This document shows positions 12,054 to 22,959 of a stretch of 64,000 bases of DNA, piece by piece. A program made the position numbers and the translations under genes. Numbering within the stretch: the first letter of the stretch is position 1; every line of letters starts with the position of its first letter. Origin of the DNA: Mobula hypostoma. Lineage: Eukaryota. The DNA is taken from contig NC_086097.1 of assembly GCF_963921235.1 (NCBI RefSeq), positions 228,100,001 to 228,164,000 on the forward strand, read 5' to 3'. The notes under the pieces are model-generated. The model worked only from the letters and a program-made list of their open reading frames with translations. It was not told the origin of the DNA and ran no database searches.

Positions 12054-12822
12054 ATTGCACGAACTTTGTGTATAGTTTTTGGAGCATTTCATGTGAAGAG
12101 ATGCTTACACCGTGCTGCATTTTAACCAGCTGTTTGTTGTACAGTCTCTGACTCAATAACTTGCTTTTTCTGTACTATGGGAAGCACCTGATGTAACCGC
12201 TCGGCCGCCGTGAGTAATCCATACAGCACCGAAATTGTGAATGTATTCAATGTTTCCCTAGTATGATGAATACTTTTAGATCACATATGTCCATGATTTC
12301 TAACACGCATTCAGTTTATTAATCTGTGCTGGATTTTTTTTTTGTTTCTCTTCATTATTTTAGGCCTTTCTTCTCTGTGTCCTGTTGTTCCTATTACACT
12401 GTGATACCAGCATTCATTTCTCCTATGTTAAGTATATACTACAAATCTTCACCATTCCGTTGGTTTCATGCTTTCCTGCCACAATCCCGGCAATCAAAAA
12501 TCTCACATGACATCCGTAATGTTTTCGATGTGCTCTGAAGGGAAACAAAGGAAATGGAGGCCCCTTGGTAGGTGTGTCTGGGAGTCAGAGGCCCATGGTG
12601 CCTTGCCGAGGAGTTCAAGGCCTTTGTGTATGAGTGAGTGGGCAGCAGCAGAAAATGAGCTTGTCTTGCTGCTGTTGTTTTGTTGCTGTTGTGCTGTTGT
12701 TTGTGTTGTTGTGCTGGACATTGTGGGCATGCTGTGTTGCCAATGGAACATGTGATGACATTTGCAGGTTGCCTCCAGCTCATCTGTTGTGTTAGTGGTT
12801 AAACAAAATGACACATTTCATT

Positions 12823-13450
12823 AACAAGAGAAAACCTACCACCCGGACAGACTCCGCATCCAGCACATATTTCTCCATAACATCCGCCATATCCAACTGG
12901 ATCCCACCACCAAGCACATCTTTCCCTCCCCTCATTTTCTGCTTTCAGCAGGGATCGCTCCCTACACGACTTCATGTCCGTTCACCCCTCCCCACTGCTC
13001 TCCCTCCCGGTAATTATCCTTGCAAGCGGAACAAGTGCCACACTGCCCCTACACCACCTCCCTCACTACCATTCAGGGCTTCCAGGTGAGGGGACACTTC
13101 ACCCATGAGTCTCTTGGGATTATATACTGTGTCCGGTGCTCCCAGTGTGGCCTTCTATATATCAGTGAGACCCAATGTAGATTGGGATATTGCTTCGTCG
13201 AGCACCTACTCTCTGTCTGCCAGAAAAAGCATGATCTCCCGGTGGCCACCCATTTTAATTCCACATCCCATTCCCGTTCCAACATGTCAGTACTTCTTCC
13301 TCCCCTTCCCCCCCGCCCCCCACCGCCTTCTCACTCTGACCTCGTCTTTCCTCCACAGTCCTGATGAACGATCTCAGCCGGAAATGTCGACTGTTTGCAC
13401 TTTTCCATCGATGCCGCCTGGCCTGCGGATTTCCTCCAGCATTTTGTGTG
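12823..13450 (+). mobile_element. Penelope-like element, GIY-YIG endonuclease remnant plus pLTR, 14-bp TSD
   Basis: 'GIIYCVRCSQCGLLYISETQCRLGYCFVEHL…PVATHFNS' is a PLE GIY-YIG domain. TSD TGACACATTTCATT at 12809-12822 and 13451-13464. Hammerhead motif at 13355-13394. Confidence 0.9.
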
Positions 13451-13734
13451 TGACACATTTCATTGTATGTTTCAGTGTGCATGTTATAAATACCTTGGTA
13501 AATTTAAATTTTGAAGCGGCCATAGGATTTAGGATCAAGGTAGATCACATTTCATTATGATCTTGCTCTTTATTGTTTATCCGCACTGCACCTTCTCTGT
13601 CACTTTTACATTTATTCTACACTTTTATTGTTCTGCCCCACCGCACTGTGTAATGATTTGATTTGTATGAGCCGTATGCAAGGCAAGCTTTTCTTTATCT
13701 CTTGGTACATGTGACAATAATAAACCAATGCCAG

Positions 13735-15330
13735 TGGGTCAGCTTAGCAAATTTTGTCCAGAATTGGCTTGGTAATGGGACACAGAGGATGATGGCTGGG
13801 GGTTGGTTTTGCAGTTGGAAGCCTGTGACCAGTGATGCACCACATTGACCAGTGTTGCGAACTCTGCTGTTCGTTATATGCATTAATGATATAACATAAA
13901 TCTAGGTATGATTACTAAGTCTATCGAATGGCGAAAGGTCTCGGTAAAGTGGGCGTGGACAGGCTGTTGGAGAGCTTAAGACCAGAGCGCACAGCCTCAG
14001 AAAGAGGGGCATCCTTTTGTAATGGAGATGAGAAGAAATTTCTTGAGCCAAAGAGTGGTGATTCTGTGGAATTCATTGCCACGGGTGGCTGTGGAGGCCA
14101 AGTCATTGGTATATTTAAGGCAGAGTTTGATAGATTCTTGATTAGTCAAGGCATGAAGGGATATGGAGAGAAAATTGGCGCTAAGAGGGAAAATGAATCA
14201 GCTATGATTAAATGGCAGGATAGACTTGATGGACCAAATGGCCTAATTCTGCTATATCTTATGGTCTTTAGTCTGCAAATAGCACAGAAAGTGATGGTGT
14301 TGATGAAGAGGAGGGTAAATATTGATTAGAGAGTGATACTAATGTGTTGGAGGGGTGGAATTTACATTTTGGAAGGACTAACAAGGTTAGGATATAAAGT
14401 ATATATACAATAAATGATTGGATCCTAGAATGTATTGATGAACAGTGGAGCCTTAATGTACATGCCTAAGAATTCCTAAAGGAGGCAGGGTAGATAGATA
14501 AGGTGATAAAGAAGGCATATTTGAAAGTTACTTTGGAAGAGCAGCACCTCATATTCCATCTAGGTAGCCTCCAACCTGATGGCATGGACATCGATTTCTC
14601 CTTCTGGTAACTTTATTCCTTCTCCCTTCCCTCTTCTTCTATTCCTCAATCTGGTCTCTTGCCTCTTCTCCTCAGCTGCCTATCACCTCCCCCTGATGCC
14701 CCTCCTCCTCCCTTTTCTCTCTGGTCCACTCTTTCTCCTATCAGATTCTTTTTTCTCCAGTACTTTGTCTTCTCCTCCTATCACTTCGTAGCTCTTACTT
14801 CATCCCCTCCCTCAGCCACCTGACTTCCCCTATCGCCTTCTAGCTTGTCCTCTTTCCCTTCTCCCCAACCTTCTTATTCTGATATCATCCCCCTTCCTTT
14901 CCTGGCCTGATGAAGAGTCTCGGCCCAAAACGTCGACTGTTCATTCATTTCCATAGACGCTGCCTGGCCTGTTGACTTCCTCAAAACCTGGCCTGTTGAC
15001 TTCCTCCAACACTTTACGTGTGTTGCTCTGGATTTCCAGCATCTATAGAATCTCTCATGTTCTTGAAAGATACTTGCCTTCATTAGCTTAAAATATGGAA
15101 GAAGAAAGATTATGGAACAAATTTACAAGTAATAATTTGGGCCGCAACTTGAGTATTGCATGCAGTTCTGGCCACCTGATTATAGGATGGTGAATGCACT
15201 GGAGAAGGTGCAGAGGAGTCAATCATCAGGATATTCCCTGGGATAGAGTGTTTAATTTATGAGGAGACACTGGGTAGGCTGGGTTTGTTTTCGTCGGATG
15301 GGAGAAAACTGTATTCAAATTATAAGGAGC
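13735..15330 (+). mobile_element. Fragmented old CR1 LINE(s), interrupted by a CR1 3' end (about 13920-14268) and a PLE
   Basis: CR1 RT-coding remnants (GAAGCCTGTGACCAGTG…; CTTGAGTATTGCATGCAGTTCTGG) and the 3' UTR motif AATGGCCTAATTCTGCT. Confidence 0.7.
14534..15062 (+). mobile_element. Penelope-like element 3' end with 13-bp TSD
   Basis: TSD TTGAAAG(T/A)TACTT at 14521-14533 and 15063-15075. GIY-YIG C-terminal coding end (GGTAGCCTCCAACCTGATGGCATG), pyrimidine tract, hammerhead-like core at 14907. Confidence 0.85.
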
Positions 15331-15862
15331 AGACCAAGGGTATAAAGTTAAAAAAAAAACTCATAGAAAACTTCAACTCTGGTATAACTAATGACTTATA
15401 AAGCCATTCCATAATTTTTCTTGTCTCATCTCCTGTGCCCAGAGTAACGAAGGCAAGCAACCTTCAAGTATATTTTTATCACCACAACTAGCTGTCCTGC
15501 CTCTTTTAAGAAGTTTTAGGCATGTACATCAAGGTTCCTCTGTTCCTCAATACATTCTAGGATCCCACCATTTATTGTATATAATCCTATTAGTCATTGT
15601 TTCCTATATTAGTCCTTCTAAAACGTAAATTCCATCTCTCCAATGCATCAATATAATTTGTGCCGAGATGGCAGTAATTAGAGTGCAAGGCCGGAAATGA
15701 AGAGGCGATTTGAAGCAGAGAGAAGATTTGGAATGCATTGACTTTTGAGAGTTGAAAGCAAGTACTCTACAACATTTCAGAAATATTTAGATGAATATTT
15801 GAAACACCGAGACATAGAAGGCTATGGGCCAACTGTGGGAACAATCAACCAGTACACGTAAA

Positions 15863-16902
15863 ACACATACCAAACCTCACAGAGGGATCAGAAGTGGAGA
15901 GAGTGAGCAGTTTCAAGTTCCTGGGTGTCAGGATCTCTGAGGATCTAACCTGGTCCCAACATATCGATGTAGTTATAAAGAAGGCAAGGCAGCAGCTATA
16001 CTTCATTTAGAGTTTGAAGAGATTTGGCATGTCAACAAATACACTCAAAAACTTCTGTAGAGGTACCGTGGAGAGCATTCTGACAGGCTGCATCACTGTC
16101 TGGTATGGAGGGGCTACTGCACAGGACCGAAAGAAGCTGCAGAGGGTTGTAAATCTAGTCAGCTCCATCTTGGGTACTAGCCTACAGAGTACCCAGGACA
16201 TCTTCAGGAAGTGGTGTCTCAGAAAGGCAGCATCTGTTATTAAGGACCTCCAGCACCCAGGACATGCCCTTTTCTCACTGTTACCATCAGGTAGTAAGTA
16301 CAGAAGCCTGAAGGCACACACTCAGTGACTGAGGAACAGCTTCTTCCCTTCTGCCATCTGATTTGTAAATGGACCTTGGACACTACCTCACTTAATAAAC
16401 AGTATTTCTGTTTTTTGCACTTTTTAAAATCTATTCAATATACACATTGATTTACTTATTTTTTGATTAAAGTCTGTCCCGAGCCTTGTGGCCCATCAGG
16501 CCAGTGCTTATGCCGGTTTCCATGGCGTGAAGTGACTGAGAGTACGAGACTTCCCCCCACCCCCGGATAGGACGCCAGTCTATCGCTAGGTTAACCCCAG
16601 CATTTTTGCCAGTACCCATTCTCAGCTAGGTAGACTGGAGCATTGTGTGGTTAACTGCCTTGCTCAAGGACACACACGCTACCTCGGCCAAGGCTCGAAC
16701 CCACGACCTTCAGATCGCTAGTTCAACACCCTAACCACTTGGCCATGTGCCACATGATTTATCTATTTATTTATTTATTTATTATTTTTATTTTAATTAT
16801 TGTTATTTTTCTCTTCTATATTATGTATTGCATTGAACTGTTGCTGCTAAGTTAACAAATTTCACGTCACATGCCAGTGGTAATAAAGCTGATTCTGATT
16901 TT
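15863..16902 (+). mobile_element. Rex1/Babar-type LINE, 5'-truncated, same family as 8597-9430
   Basis: ORF 16014-16328 'KRFGMSTNTLKNFCRGTVESILTGCITVWYGG…', (TCTGAT)n tail at about 16890. Contains a nested SINE. Confidence 0.9.
16469..16753 (-). mobile_element. tRNA-derived SINE with CORE-like central domain
   Basis: Minus strand begins GTGGCACATGGCCAAGTGGTTAGG (A-box) … GGTTCGAGCC (B-box), then TGTGTCCTTGAGCAAGGCAGTTAACC…AATGGGTAC, which resembles the CORE-SINE domain. Confidence 0.75.
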
Positions 16903-17329
16903 GAAACTGATTCTTCTTGATGGAAAGCATAGGCAAGGTAGACATGTTACCATGCCGATTGTCTCTGACAACAGGAAGATCTCAGTTAGAGAAACTTTTG
17001 GGAACCTTCCTAATTTGCATCCGACCCCTTCCATCCTGCATTTCACCAACCACCAACACTGCCCAATCTTAATCTCAAAATTGACTGAGTTCTGGGCTCT
17101 AATCTGCCGCACCTACTCCAGCTGTCAATTCAGTCAGTGCCTATCTTCCACAACATCAGCACCCTAGCCATACCCCATTTGTCCAAATTCCACAGCTGCC
17201 ATTGGACCCACAGCAACATTTGGACAAGAGACAGCTGAACGCAACACTACCCTCAAACTTTCCAACTAAGTCTGACCTTAGAAAGATTTACTGGTCTGTA
17301 AATTTTAAAACTATTTAAGCGACAACAGT

Positions 17330-19900
17330 GAGCTGCCAAAGGAGCAGATCAAGAGGAAATTTGTAGAATGCCTACGAGATGGCTTTTAGAGCAGTCTATG
17401 GTTGAGCCCACTGGGGGAATGGCAATTCCGGATTGGGTATTCTGTAATTACCCATATTTGATTAGGGGAAGTTAAGGTAAAGGAACACTGAGGAGGCAGT
17501 GATCATAACATGCAGTTTGCGAAGGTGAAGTTAAAATTAGATGTCTCAGTATTGCATTGGAGTAAAGGGAATTACATAGCCATGAGATGGGAGCTGACGA
17601 AGTTGTTTAGCAGGGATGATGGCAGAATAGCAGTAGCTGGAGTTTCTGGGAGCAATTCAGAAGGCACAGGATAGCTATGTCCCAAAGGTGAAAAGTATTC
17701 TAAAGGGAGGATGGGGCAGTCATGGCTGACAAAAGAAGTCAAAGACCGCATGAAAGCAAACGAGAGGGAATATAATATAGAAAAAAATTAGTGAGAAGGT
17801 AGAAGATAGGGAAGCTTTAGAAAACCATCAGAAGGCAAATAAAAAAGCCATAGAGAGAAAAGATGAAATACAAAGGTAAACTAGCCAATAATATAAAAGA
17901 TTTTTCAGCTATATAGCATAAAAGAGAGATGAATCCGCTGGAAAATTATGCAATGGGTGACAGAGAAATGAAAGCCAAACTTAATAAGTATTTTGTGTCA
18001 GTCTTTACCAGCAGAATGCCAGAAATGTGCAAGTGTCAGAAGGCAGAAGTAAGTGTTTGTTGCTATTACTAAGGAGAAGGTGCTTGTGAAGCTGAAAAGA
18101 CTGAAGGTAAATAAGACACCCGGACCAGATGGACTGCACCCCAGGGTTCTGAAGGAAGTAGCTGAAGAGATTGTGGAAGCGTTAGTAATGATCTTTCAAA
18201 AATCACCAGATTCTGGAATGGTACAAGAGGATTAGAAAACTGCAAATGTCACTCCATTTTTTAAGAAGGGAGAGAAGCAGGAGAAATGAAATTATAGGCC
18301 AGTTAGCTTAACCTCAGTAGCTGGAAAGATGCTGGAATCTATTACTAAAGATGAGGTTTTAGTATACGAGTAGGCACAAGATAAAATAGGCCAAAGTTGA
18401 CCTATTTAGAGGGGAATCTTAAAGCCTTAAAGGGAAATTATTACTGACAACTTTGTTGGAATTCTTTGAGGAAATGACAGGAGAGTCAGTGGATGTTGCT
18501 TATCTGGATTTTCAGAAGGACTTTGACAAGGTGCTGCACTTAACGTTGCTGAACAAGATAGGAGCTCATGGTGTTACAGGAAAGATACTAGCTTGGATAC
18601 AAGGTTGACTAACTGACATGAGGCAAAGGATTGGAATAAGGGGAGCCTTTTCTGGTTGACTGCCAGTGACTAGTGGTGTTCTGCAGGGGTCAATGTTAGC
18701 AATGCTTCTTCTCACAGACGTGGAGGTGTAAGGAAGAGCATGGCTGTGCACTGTGGTATGAGCGGCGGAAGATGTGAGGTGACCTGATTGAGGTGTATAA
18801 GATGATGAGAGGCATTAATCATGTGGATAGTCAGGAGCTTTTTCCCAGGGCTGAACTGGCTAACACGACAGGGCACAGCTTTAAGGTGCTTGGAAGTAGG
18901 TACAGAGGGGATGTCAGAGGCAAGTTTTTTATGCAGAGAGTGCTGAGTGCGCGGAATGGGCTGTCAATGATGGTGGTGGAGGCGGATACGATAGGGTCTT
19001 TTAAGAGACTCCTGGATAGGTACATGGAGTTTAGAAAAATAGAGGGCTATGGGTAACCCCAGGTAGTTTCTAAAGTAAGTACATGTTCAGCACAGCTTTG
19101 AGGGCCAAAGGGCCTGTATTGTGCTGTAGATTTTCTATGTTTTCTAAGGTATAAAGGAGTGAACTATTTTCTAAGTGGGGAGAAAATTCAAAAATCAGAG
19201 GTTCAAAGGGACTTGAGGGTCCTTGTGCAGGATTCCCTAAAGTTTAAATTGCAGGTTGAGTCATTGGTAAGGAAGGCAAATGCAATGTGAGCATTCATTT
19301 TGAGATGACTGGAACACAAAAGCAAGGATGTAATGATGAGTCTTTATAAGGCAATGGTCAGACTGCACTTGAATATTTTGAACACTTTTGGGCCCCTTGT
19401 GTAAGAGAAGATGTGCTGGCATTGGAGATGGTCCAGAGGGGTTTCACAAGAATTATCCCAGAAATGAAAGGGTTAGCATATGAAGAGCCTTTGATGGCTC
19501 TGGGCCTGTACTTGCTGACATTTAGAAGAATGAGGGGAGATTTCATTGAACCTTGTCAAATATTGAAAGACCTAGATAGAGTGGATGTGGAGAGCATCCA
19601 GAGGGCACTGCTTCAGAAGAGAGACATCCATTTAGAACAGAGATGAAGAAAGATTTCTTCAGCCAGAGGGTGGTGAATCTGTGGAATTCATTGCTGCAGA
19701 TGGCTGTTCAGGGCAAGTCATTGGGTATATTTAAGATGGAGGTTGATAGGTTCTTGATTAATCAGGACGTCAAAGGTTGCAGGGAGAAGGTGGAGGAAGG
19801 GGATTGTGAAGGATAATAAATCAGCCATGATGGAATGGCGGAGCAGACTCAATAGGCTGAGTGACATCATTGTTGCCCTATGGCCTTGTGGTCCTATCAA
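17330..19900 (+). mobile_element. Degenerate CR1 LINE ORF2 (EN-RT) plus 3' end
   Basis: 'KTPGPDGLHPRVLKEVAEEIVEALVMIFQKS', YLDFQK-type sequence and 'LALEMVQRGFTRIIPEMKGLAYEE'. Many stops and frameshifts. Confidence 0.9.
18777..19146 (+). mobile_element. Nested younger CR1 3' end
   Basis: ORF 'YKMMRGINHVDSQELFPRAE…TTGHSFKVLGSRYRGDVRGKFF' and TTTCTATG tail. Same family as 9586-10473. Confidence 0.85.
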
Positions 19901-20852
19901 GAGCCCCTGGATTTTCCCATCTACACTCTACTCACTACTAAATACGGTTTGATGAAATGGGTAGCTTGATGCACCCTCCATAACCTTGAGGTTAGTGCAG
20001 ACAAGCAAGGGCAGTTTTGGGCAGTGGGCTACATACAGCCCAAGGTGCTTAGTAGGGGCATTCACTATATCAGTAACCAGCCCTAAATTCCTGTATAATT
20101 CAGATTTACATTTCATAATCAGCAATTTATGGGAAAACATAATGGTAAAAGCAGATTTCTTAAATTAGATTTGGTGAGGACAAGAAAGGAGTGATGCAAG
20201 TTGACCAACAATTTGCGGTAAATCACAGCTCATGCCAAACCTTTTTTGCAAATTGATGTATTTTTAGCAAAGTGATAATGACTAATACTGTTAATGCATT
20301 GTTAGTTTCCAAGGAACCTTGGTCCAATAAATGCAGCCCCAACTGAAAACGGCTTGTGTATTGGCCAAGTAAAGCTCGAGAACTCGTAGGGAAACAGCCC
20401 TCTAGCTCTGATCCATAAGTTCCCAAAGTGCTGCTGCCCTCATTTACTCCATTTAATCCCGCTGTAATTTAGAGAATATAAATAACTAAACTCAGACCCT
20501 GATTTATTGTTCAATTTGGAGAGTGAAGTTGCAGTGTTTCAGACTTAAATGCCTTTGGTTTGAATCCCAGAAGCAAAAGAATTGTTCTTTAATTCCACCT
20601 TTATTCATCCTAAAATGTATTTCATAGACATGAATTGTATGACTGAAAAGTGGGAGAAAAATCTAATTTTTAATAATGCATATTATTAGCTGTTAACACT
20701 GTTTTTTGACTGAAGCAATTAGTTTATCTGTAGATACATTGGCAGTCAGGCAATCTATCTGAGTTACCCCATACTGTCAGAAGTGTCCAAGGATCCCACC
20801 CAAATATGCAAAAGCCTTTTAGATTCAACAGAATAGTATTTTTTTTTCCACA

Positions 20853-22000
20853 GCAACACACACAACATGCTGGAGGAACTCAGCAGGTCAGGCAGCACCT
20901 ATGGAAACGAATGAACAGTAGACGTTTTGGGCCGAGACCCTTCTTCAGGACTGGAAAAGAAGGGAGAAGAAATCACAATAAAAAAGTTGGAGGGGGGGGG
21001 AAGGTTGGATTTGGCTAGAATGTGATAGGTGAAGCCAGGTGGGTGGGAAAGGTAAAGGGCTGGAGAAGAAGGAATCTGATAGGAGAGGAGAGTGCACCAT
21101 GGGAGAAAGGGAAGAAGGAGGGGCATCAGGGGGAGGTGATAGGCAGGCGAGGAGAAGAGTTAAGAGGCCAGAGTGGGGAATAGAAGAAGAAAGAAAGGGG
21201 AAGGAAAAATAAAATTTACTGGATGAGGAACAGGGTGGCATGGTAGCACAATAGTTAGCACAACGCTATACAGTAACTGTGACCCAGGTTCAATTCCGCT
21301 GCTTCTGTAAGGAGTTTGCATGGTCTGCCCTTGACTGCATGAATTTTCTCTGGATGCTCCAGTGTCCAGTACCAGTTGGTAGGTCATTGCAGAGTGATGA
21401 TTAGGCTAGGGTCAAGCCGGGGTTGCTGGGTGGTGTGGCTTGAAGGGCCAGAAGGACCTGTTCTGTGTTGTATCTCAGCAAATAAATAGAAGTCCATGTT
21501 CATGCCATCAGGTTGGAAGCTCCTTCAATGGAATATGAGGTGTTGCCCCTCCACCCTGAGAGTGGCCTCATCGTAGCAAAAGAGGAAGTGGGGAGGGGTA
21601 GGAATTAAAACAGTTGGCCACCAGCAAATTCTGTGTTCGACAAAGCGATTCCCCCCCAATTTATGTCAGGTCTCACCAATGTGCAGCAGACCGTGTGGGG
21701 AGCACCGGATGCAATAGATGAACGCAACAGCTTTGAAGGTGAGGTGTTGCCTCACTTGGAAGGGCCGTTTGGGGCCTTGAATGGAGGTAAGGGAGGAGGT
21801 AAATGGGCAAGTACAGCATTTCTGTCATTTGTAGGGAGTATATGCCAGGAGGGAGATTAATGGTGAGGGACAAATGGACAAGGGAATCACGGAGGGTGCA
21901 ATCCCTGCAGAAAGCAGAGAGTGGAGGGGAGGTGAAGATGTGCTTGGTGGTAGGATCCTGTTGAAGGTGGAGGAAGTTGCGGAGAATGATATGTTGGCTG
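20853..22000 (-). mobile_element. Penelope-like element (GIY-YIG remnant plus pLTR)
   Basis: Minus ORF 'HIILRNFLHLQQDPTTKHIFTSPPLSAFCRDCTLRDSLVH', pyrimidine tract, hammerhead-like motif at 20916-20953. Interrupted by a SINE. Confidence 0.88.
21232..21488 (+). mobile_element. HE1-like V-SINE (tRNA-derived)
   Basis: GGTGGCATGGTAGC…GGTTCAATTCC head, V-domain-like GGAGTTTGCATGGTCTGCCC, CR1-like tail GAAGGGCCAGAAGG…AAATAAATA. Confidence 0.8.
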
Positions 22001-22959
22001 CTGCACTTTGCCATCTCTGTGCAATTGAAAAGTGGCTCTAAAAGTTAATTGCTATGGGAACCAATATTGGTCCTTTCAAGTTGCTCCAAAAATTGGACAT
22101 TTCCCAGATTAATTCCCATTCTTCTACTGTGATCTTCTTTTGTATCAGGTAATCTCACAACCCACAGTGTAGTCCTTTAGGAGCACGGAGGAATTTATAT
22201 GGTGTTCCATCATTGGCCATGCTTGGCACAGCACAGTTTTAATAGACCAGTTCTGCTTTTAAGCTCCAGTAAATTTAAGTCCCATACCAAGATTTGATCC
22301 CTTCACTACCATGGCAACAGCACTACCCTTTCACCTATCCATAGTGATTGATTCTCAACTATTCACAAGTCTCTGTACTCGGGGCCCAATCCATGAAAGC
22401 TCATTGCTGGCTTTTGATCTTTCTGATCCTCATCCTGGTGATATAACTTGATCTCCAGCCGATGGCCACCAATCCTCTTTTCTCCGCCTCCCACCTTTCT
22501 GGCTGCCTTGCCCAGCTCCTAGGATCCAGCCTGAGTCTCTGCGGCAAGAGTTCCGCACTGTAAAAGAGCAACTCACTTCTAGTGCCTTCAAGGCCGTGGC
22601 TGATTCCCTGCTGCTGCTACTGAGGTTCCCAGCAGCAGGCCTATGATGAAGCATTCATTAACATGCTGTATAAATCCCCATTGTGCACCTGACTCTCGAG
22701 ACATGTTAATCTTCTCTGGCTGCCATAATAGTTGAGGAGACACTGATTTATTTTTCAGTGGATTCTTGCAAGTGTTTACTGTATTTAAAGCTTTTATTAC
22801 ACTGGGAATAGAGGTACTGGCATTCTTCGAGCTGTCATGCTGTGATTCCTCCCCAGGGGTAAATTTCCTGAACTAAAAATTACAGAATTAGTTTTCCATA
22901 TTGACGTAAAATATTTTCAGTGCGTAATCCACAGTAAACCAAATATATAAATTAATGGA

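Noticed and set aside
14962..15010. 24-bp tandem duplication CCTGGCCTGTTGACTTCCTC inside a PLE
   Set aside because: Ordinary slippage duplication. A similar one (GATCCTCAGAGATCT) occurs at about 23894-23940.
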